Below, in pieces: positions 29,032 to 35,507 of a stretch of 35,507 nucleotides of DNA. Every line of letters starts with the position of its first letter. Position 1 is the first letter of the stretch. Below the pieces are notes generated by a model that saw only the letters and a list, made by a program, of their open reading frames with translations, had not been told where the DNA came from and did not search any database. The position numbers were made by a program, and so were the translations under genes. This stretch comes from Fibrobacterales bacterium (lineage in GTDB: Bacteria; Fibrobacterota; Fibrobacteria; Fibrobacterales; JAOPTW01): positions 1 to 35,507 of the forward strand of contig JAOPTW010000078.1 of NCBI GenBank assembly GCA_051532035.1, in the 5' to 3' direction.

Positions 29032-32000
29032 CTATCGAATAACCCCAACCGACATAGAACTCCAAGTCATAGTGCCTGTTTTAGAACCCACTTCAACAAC
29101 ACCCTCATCAATATCATTTTCTAGACCCCATCGGCGAACCCACTGTAGATGAGACTTGGTCACATAGACCCCTGTTGCAACCGGTCTACCACTTTCACTC
29201 ACGGGAATACCCTGTTCATTGAGAGCCCACTCAATATAGATTCTCACCGTATCATCCAAAAGAAACAGCATCTCTGGCGTGAGAGTAAATGAGTGCTGCA
29301 CTCGGTTCACATATTGCCCCATATAATCATAGATATACATTTCATGTGTAATGTCATATTCATACACATCACCCAATGCTAATTTAAGCTCAAAGGTGAG
29401 CCCCTCAGGCTCAGGCACCTCGGTATGATACTCAATCTCATCAACTCTTTCGAGCACCCCCGACCCTTCGGTCATCTTAAAATACTCATTACCCTTTTTA
29501 CCCGACTCAACTGCAAGTACTCTAAATTGAGTCTGCTCTTCACTCACCTCATCTTCATAGTCATTATCTATTGATATCTTGCTCAGATCAAGAAGAGAAT
29601 TGAGCGGAGTGAGCGAAGCATTAATCTCATCTGACCTATTACGCTCTTCTTCCGTCATGCTACTCACATATTCTACAGGACTACTTTCTTGCTCCTCTAT
29701 CTCTTCACTCGACGAGGACTCCTCTTCTCGCTCCGGTGATTCACTAAAAAATATCGCTTGCTCCCACACATCTTCATCATCTTCTTTATCAACATAGCGT
29801 GCATAAACAGTATCTCCTTGCATAAAGGATATCTCATTACTTCCCGTACGATATGCCTTTTTGTCAATAGCCTCAACGACATCATCAGTCTTAAACAAAC
29901 CTCCCGACTGCTCAAGCTCAACAATCACCGTATCCTTTCTTGCGGGATTAAATATCATCACTTCCAAAGGCCCATTGCCCAAATTATCTGTATCATCAAG
30001 CACAATATGAAATTCAGTTGCATTAGGCTGCGCTGGTGATTGAATCGGCTTTCCGTCGTCATCTTCTACTTTGAGTACCGCCTGAGTCCGATCACCTTTT
30101 GAGAACTCTACAAAAAAGCTTTTGTTGGCAAAAGCACACCCACCATTATTTTTACACGGTTCACATTCAGGATCGGGACCGGCAAAGATTGTAATATCAA
30201 CCATGTTCCCACCAATACCCATGCGTGCAGGAATATCTAACTCCCACACATCAAGATCTACATTGTAGCTCGCAACATCCGAAACATTTCCAATTTCTTC
30301 ACCATTAACCCAAATATCGGTAATAAAACCACCTTCGGTTATGGCTGCAGTACCGGTAACCATAATGGTTGATGAGGGATTATCAATAGCGACATAGGTC
30401 CCGTTCGGAACATTAAATGGGTCATCCAAGGTCACTGTGAGATCGTAATGAGCACGTTTAGTCTCCATCTCTTTTTGTGAAGGAGAAAAGCCCCAAATGT
30501 ATTCATCTTTACGATAGACGGTAATATATGGATTTGTTTCAAATGTCCAAAATTTTGTATCCTGATCTTCTTTGGCGCTTTCTACAATGCCGTTAAAATC
30601 GACTGGGTCACCATTTGCCCGAGAATGCGATCTATAACTCCAATCAGATCCTCCAAATGTATGATTAGGAGACTCATAAATCAAATCAGAATAGGGATAA
30701 TAGGGAGAACGAGCCCTAAATGCTACATCCATACGCATGCGGGCCCCACTCGCCATATAGGTATCACCAAGGGGAATAGGCATGTACCAATCCCATTCAT
30801 CAGTTTCGGGGTTGTAGGTATCTTCTATTTTTTTCAAATGAGTAAACTGTACGAGAGAATCGCTATCACTACACCAACCATCACCTCTCGGATACCCATT
30901 ACTGCTATAAGGAATACATTCATCAACTGCGAGCCCAAACTGATACTCACCATCTCCCGGTGGCGCCATATCATCTCGAGCCGGTTCAATGAAAAATTCT
31001 TCTTCCGTACCAGTCATGTAGATACGCAATTCAAGGGAATCGTATGTTTTTGTGTCCTGATTAATAACATTAACACTCAGAAACTGAAGTCCGTTTTTAG
31101 TATAAATGAGCGACCGAAGGTCAAAGTCAACATGTTCAACAGGAGTTGTAAACTTAAGAAACTCTCCCTCTTCATTGACCGATACTACTTGTCCCCCTGA
31201 TTCTACTGCAAAATAGTACGTGGTCTGTTCTGTGAGACCACCAATTTTGATTCGATGAAACCGTGTCGGTAACCCTGCGAGATCACCACTTAAGGAGTTA
31301 TCCATATCATCATACTCTCGCTGATCTTCATCCCAATAGATACTACTTTCATATTTACCATTGGGTGTAAACCACATGATCTCTGCACTATCAGCTGTGA
31401 TATTACAAACACGTATATTGCGAATTTCTGCTGACCCAGCCGGTGCTGCATTGGTAGTAAAATCAAAAGGAGTTTCCTCTTTTGGGTCTTTCCATTGTAC
31501 CGAATAATTTCCACTTCTGATATTAAAGGATTTTACTGAGAAATAATAGGTGGTTGAGTTATCTAAATTGTTCAATTCAAAAAGGTGCTCCATACCTGCA
31601 CTATCAGACACAATAACCTGTTCGAAATCATCTTCTGTGGTTCCAAACGAGATCTCTGATTTTCCATACTTGGTCTGTTTTACTCTAATGATTGCCCTAT
31701 CATGACCCACATACTCTATTTGTACAGTACTTTCTGGTGCACTATTGAGGTCTTCATCAACCGCCATGCCAAGAGTGGGTACTAAGATAGCAGTGGTACC
31801 ATCAAGGCACACTTCTGAATATTTATATTCATGGAGCTTTTCCACATAATCCGTTGATACTCTCGGATCTCTTCCACCCTGCAAAGCTCCAACAGGAGGA
31901 CGATAAGGGTAAAAAGCACCCGGTAAATTTTTACCCTCAAAATTAGCCCCCCGGTGGTGAGGGTGATTAAAATTTTTATCACCTATACCATAAATCATCG

Positions 32001-33822
32001 ATATATCCCAAGGATTAATACCGAGCATATAATCGAGCTGATGAATCACGAGCTCTTTAATCGCTTCACTATTGCCATCAAAAGTACCATTAGGTAATGC
32101 AACCCCTTCGAGATCTTTAGCCACATCATAGTACACATACAGTTCTGTAATATTACCTGCTTGATACCTGTTCCATACCCACTCCATTTGTGTCATCATC
32201 ATATACCACACTGGCTCATACTTCACATAAGATGAATTACCCGGAAATTTAGATTTAGATGCGACCTCTATTTGTTCTGACCCTTCAGAGATACTTTCGA
32301 TATTTGCAACAATAGAGTAGATTACTTTTTCTACAAGTTCCAAACGAGTATCAGAATCAATACCATACTCAGCCGCAAGAGCATCCGTTTGCAAAATCAA
32401 TTTATAAAAAGCATAGAGCACATATATTTCAGTACTCCCCCAACTCGTATTGGTACCCCCATGGCGCAATGTCTCATTATTGTAGCCAAACCACCCCCCT
32501 TCAAAACAGCCTTTATCAAGGAACTCACAGTCCCATGTTTTGTTGAGATTCGTATAGATCATATCATCAAGATACTTTGTGTCTCCCGTTGCCCAAAAAA
32601 GAGCAAGAGCCCCGAAAGCCATATCATCAACAAAAGAGCTTTCACCACCATAGGCACTCGACCCACCCATATTTTTATCGGCATCATCTTTTTGGCTTTT
32701 CGCCTGTTCATAAAGCTCTGCCGCTATGTTAATAGCTTTTGCACTTTCGGTTTGATCGATATCTTGATAGAGTTTTGAGAAAAAGGCGAGACTTGCCGAA
32801 AAACGCCCCAACACTGTTGAGTAATTTTCATCTGTTCGACCAGGCCTATCAGGACCGCCGCGGTCATACTCCATAAAATCCTGATACTGCGGTTGCCCCC
32901 ACCAACTGTGGTCTTTACCGAACTCTCCAATTGAAAGTACCATATTGGGTATATCTCCATTGGCATTGTCATAGGCCGTAAACACATAATCAACCCCATG
33001 CTTCAGTTCATAAAGAATGTCCCCTATTCCATCGGTAGTAAGAGTATTATTGTGATTTCTACCATAGTGATCAGTATCTCTCTCTTGAAATACCGCAGCA
33101 GACATCCCCAAAACTGATGCCGTATGACTCTGAGTAATCCCCTCTTTAAGGTGATCCCCACAATCATACCACCCGCCAAGGGTTGGGTCTTGCATATGGG
33201 CCGGAGGATGAAACCAACTCTCACTATTACCACTGCGCTGAATACCATAAAATTTTAACAACGCATCTTTAACCATAGTGTAGGTCTTGGGTGAAATAAT
33301 AAAATCTGCAGATTGTACTCCATCTATCTCAATAACATAAGGAACCTCTTCGGCAAGTCCATCAGGAATAACACCCACTGAAAGTTTTTTTGAAGGAAAC
33401 TCACCAGACATAGTGTATCGAATTTGATCTTCTTCCTCTGGTGCTTGTGCACTCCAATAACCAGTGATATCAAGTGACGCACCACCAGAGTATGAAGTAG
33501 ATTCAAGATCCCCACTCCCTTCTACAGAACCTGTCTTTGTATTAATCACCCTAAAAGTAGAGGCACTTCCAAAGTAATAGAAGGTTTTAATATCCTGAGG
33601 TCTATATCCGGCCTGATTTACCCGAATTGGATTAATAGTAATATTAAGTGAATCCCGAACAATTTGATTCACAGTGTCAGCGATCGGTATCGCAATTGGT
33701 TCATAGGGTAGGGGTTGCTCTTGTGCCCATGTCATTGACGTGAAAGTAACGAGCATATATAATACCAAAACGTTAACAGTAACACTACTCTCATGATTGT
33801 TTTGACAAAAAGCATACAGCAT
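29032..33822 (-). CDS. Large multidomain GH9 endoglucanase (Ig-like, GH9, Fn3-like x2, CBM3-like, Ig-like, C-terminal secretion domain)
   Basis: IRVNQAGY, GGWYDCGDHLK, YMLGINPW, HPHHR, YSEVCLD, Fn3-like LDNSTTYYF and LTEQTTYYF, acidic Ser linker, IYDYMGQYV...GRPVATGVYV. ATG at 33822 with AAGGA RBS. Confidence 0.9.
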   Translation of the reverse strand: MLYAFCQNNHESSVTVNVLVLYMLVTFTSMTWAQEQPLPYEPIAIPIADTVNQIVRDSLNITINPIRVNQAGYRPQDIKTFYYFGSASTFRVINTKTGSVEGSGDLESTSYSGGASLDITGYWSAQAPEEEDQIRYTMSGEFPSKKLSVGVIPDGLAEEVPYVIEIDGVQSADFIISPKTYTMVKDALLKFYGIQRSGNSESWFHPPAHMQDPTLGGWYDCGDHLKEGITQSHTASVLGMSAAVFQERDTDHYGRNHNNTLTTDGIGDILYELKHGVDYVFTAYDNANGDIPNMVLSIGEFGKDHSWWGQPQYQDFMEYDRGGPDRPGRTDENYSTVLGRFSASLAFFSKLYQDIDQTESAKAINIAAELYEQAKSQKDDADKNMGGSSAYGGESSFVDDMAFGALALFWATGDTKYLDDMIYTNLNKTWDCEFLDKGCFEGGWFGYNNETLRHGGTNTSWGSTEIYVLYAFYKLILQTDALAAEYGIDSDTRLELVEKVIYSIVANIESISEGSEQIEVASKSKFPGNSSYVKYEPVWYMMMTQMEWVWNRYQAGNITELYVYYDVAKDLEGVALPNGTFDGNSEAIKELVIHQLDYMLGINPWDISMIYGIGDKNFNHPHHRGANFEGKNLPGAFYPYRPPVGALQGGRDPRVSTDYVEKLHEYKYSEVCLDGTTAILVPTLGMAVDEDLNSAPESTVQIEYVGHDRAIIRVKQTKYGKSEISFGTTEDDFEQVIVSDSAGMEHLFELNNLDNSTTYYFSVKSFNIRSGNYSVQWKDPKEETPFDFTTNAAPAGSAEIRNIRVCNITADSAEIMWFTPNGKYESSIYWDEDQREYDDMDNSLSGDLAGLPTRFHRIKIGGLTEQTTYYFAVESGGQVVSVNEEGEFLKFTTPVEHVDFDLRSLIYTKNGLQFLSVNVINQDTKTYDSLELRIYMTGTEEEFFIEPARDDMAPPGDGEYQFGLAVDECIPYSSNGYPRGDGWCSDSDSLVQFTHLKKIEDTYNPETDEWDWYMPIPLGDTYMASGARMRMDVAFRARSPYYPYSDLIYESPNHTFGGSDWSYRSHSRANGDPVDFNGIVESAKEDQDTKFWTFETNPYITVYRKDEYIWGFSPSQKEMETKRAHYDLTVTLDDPFNVPNGTYVAIDNPSSTIMVTGTAAITEGGFITDIWVNGEEIGNVSDVASYNVDLDVWELDIPARMGIGGNMVDITIFAGPDPECEPCKNNGGCAFANKSFFVEFSKGDRTQAVLKVEDDDGKPIQSPAQPNATEFHIVLDDTDNLGNGPLEVMIFNPARKDTVIVELEQSGGLFKTDDVVEAIDKKAYRTGSNEISFMQGDTVYARYVDKEDDEDVWEQAIFFSESPEREEESSSSEEIEEQESSPVEYVSSMTEEERNRSDEINASLTPLNSLLDLSKISIDNDYEDEVSEEQTQFRVLAVESGKKGNEYFKMTEGSGVLERVDEIEYHTEVPEPEGLTFELKLALGDVYEYDITHEMYIYDYMGQYVNRVQHSFTLTPEMLFLLDDTVRIYIEWALNEQGIPVSESGRPVATGVYVTKSHLQWVRRWGLENDIDEGVVEVGSKTGTMTWSSMSVGVIR

Positions 33823-34056
33823 CAATAGTCCTTGTTATTATGTAGACAAATATTTTGAACATTATAGCTATAAACTAAAAAACATAACTCAAAAAGTTTA
33901 TCGAATCTCGGCAACAGCACCCTATCTCACATAGTAAGACACTTCTAATATATGCTATTAACAAGCAATACAAAGCCAAATATCATTCATAAACCCTATA
34001 ACACTTTTATTTACACAAATGTTGACATTGAGACACTTTTGTTGACAAATTTTAAT

Positions 34057-34087
34057 AAAAAAAGGAGTGCCCTATAGAAACACTCCT
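34057..34087 (-). terminator. Rho-independent terminator of the MCP gene
   Basis: Minus strand AGGAGTG-N11-CACTCCT-TTTTTT. Confidence 0.75.
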
Positions 34088-34116
34088 CAGATTTTCAATA
34101 GTATAAATGCACGTTA

Positions 34117-35507
34117 TTACACTTTAAACACCCCAACCGATGCCTTCAGTTCATCAGCAATAGCAGAAAGCTCAACCACATGCTGCTCACTATCACCCAT
34201 TTTGGCGCTAATATTAGATGTCGATTCCGAAAATTCGGCAATTGTTGTTGATATTTCTGTAAGTCCCGCGGCCGACTCCTGAATAGAGCTCGACACTTCA
34301 GCACTGGCTAAATTAACCGAATTAACGTTATTTGAAATTTCATTAATGGTTGCAGATTGTTCTTCAACCGCACTTACAATGGTTTGCGATATAGAATTAA
34401 CCTCTTCAATAATTCCAGTTATCTCCCCAATCGCCGTTACCGACTTACCAGTATTTTCACGCATACTTGCGATTTGACTCCCAATTTGATCAATAGCGAG
34501 AGCAGTCTGCCGCGCCAACTCTTTCACTTCACTTGCTACAACAGCAAATCCTTTACCAGCATCACCAGCAGATGCCGCTTCAATTGTTGCATTAAGCGCA
34601 AGCAAATTTGTCTGATCTGCAATATCTTTAATAACATCAAGCACTTTCCCGATCTCTGAAGCTGACACCTCAAGTTCTTTCATAATATTATTGGTACTTA
34701 CAGACTGCTGATTAGCATTTTGCGCAATTTCAGATTCCAACTGACAATTTCGTGATATCTCATTGGATGTCGCACTCATCTCTTCAATTGAAGCCGCAAC
34801 ACTCGCTACTGAGGTACTCATTTCTTCGGTACTCGCCGCAATATTCGACATATTTGACGATGCCTGAGAAGATGCAGTAGCGATACTTTCAGTCTGATTA
34901 TTCATGGTATCAGTGAGGAGTTTTACTTCTTGCAAAGTTGTTGCCAGTACACTCGACTTATCTGCGGTAGAAGAGGAATGTTTTGAGATATCGACCAATA
35001 GGTTTTTTAAATTCGTTACCATATTAAAAAAGGAGTTTGCTAAAGTGCCTGTAGTAGACTGTACTATCTTACTAAATGAAACCGTTAAATTACCATCGGC
35101 CACATCTTGAGCAACCCCTCGCAATTCTGCCGGCTCTTCTCCCAATTGCCCCATTAATTTACTTATGAGTACTAGAACAATTATTATACCCACAAACACC
35201 GCAAAACCACTACCAAACGAAGCAACCCCAAGGGCAAAATTAGCCGACGCTTCATTTGCAGTGATACGACCCTCCATAAGTTTTTGCTCAATACCAGCAA
35301 TGGTATCCAGCACCATACGCAGGTTATCCATCATATCCTTACCCGACTGCGATCCTGCAGGAGGCGATTCACCAGTAATCGTTTTGCCAGCGATAACATT
35401 TGCCAGCGCTATTGGTTCAAGCTCCCCTGCATCGACCTTACGTTTTAGATCAATCTCGAACTGCCCCGCACTTTCAAGCCATCGCTCTTTAAGGGCTTTA
35501 ACATTCA
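34117..35507 (-). CDS. Methyl-accepting chemotaxis protein with CHASE3-like sensor and HAMP; 5' end outside the window
   Basis: The frame stays open from the window edge ([14 protein letters not shown]...[10 protein letters not shown]). TM helix, HAMP-like [41 protein letters not shown]. Confidence 0.93.
   Translation of the reverse strand, partial: NVKALKERWLESAGQFEIDLKRKVDAGELEPIALANVIAGKTITGESPPAGSQSGKDMMDNLRMVLDTIAGIEQKLMEGRITANEASANFALGVASFGSGFAVFVGIIIVLVLISKLMGQLGEEPAELRGVAQDVADGNLTVSFSKIVQSTTGTLANSFFNMVTNLKNLLVDISKHSSSTADKSSVLATTLQEVKLLTDTMNNQTESIATASSQASSNMSNIAASTEEMSTSVASVAASIEEMSATSNEISRNCQLESEIAQNANQQSVSTNNIMKELEVSASEIGKVLDVIKDIADQTNLLALNATIEAASAGDAGKGFAVVASEVKELARQTALAIDQIGSQIASMRENTGKSVTAIGEITGIIEEVNSISQTIVSAVEEQSATINEISNNVNSVNLASAEVSSSIQESAAGLTEISTTIAEFSESTSNISAKMGDSEQHVVELSAIADELKASVGVFKV

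Noticed and set aside
7358..32778. Long antisense ORFs (e.g. 7358..7954, 24140..24784, 30625..31200, 32389..32778)
   Set aside because: Fully overlapped by well-supported genes on the opposite strand, with no independent motifs.

Overview
Chromosomal window from an AT-rich, chemotactic, polysaccharide-degrading bacterium, most likely Fibrobacterota. The taxonomy is inferred from a TIGR02147-type gene, a circularly permuted GH16, a DCGD-type GH9 and Ser-rich linkers with T9SS-like C-terminal domains. The left end is the start of a nitrogen-fixation locus: a partial cluster III-like nifH (missed by the ORF track), two uncharacterised genes and a GAF-AAA+-HTH sigma54 activator (NifA/AnfA-like). 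Both nifH and the activator have sigma54 -24/-12 promoters, each with (T/G)AC-N6-GTA sites starting exactly 66 bp upstream, which suggests an autoregulated AnfA-like circuit. The rest encodes secreted CAZymes (BNR beta-propeller, heparinase II/III-like lyase, GH16, 1600-aa GH9) and two chemoreceptors, one with tandem NarX/PilJ nitrate-type sensor domains. It also encodes an arylamine N-acetyltransferase, an alpha/beta hydrolase, two hybrid kinases (one apparently a pseudokinase) and unusual lipoproteins. A TIGR02147 regulator-like gene has phased TGGTATAC repeats upstream that recur in front of an adjacent DUF6345-like pseudo-protease operon. No rRNA, tRNA, CRISPR or mobile element was seen.
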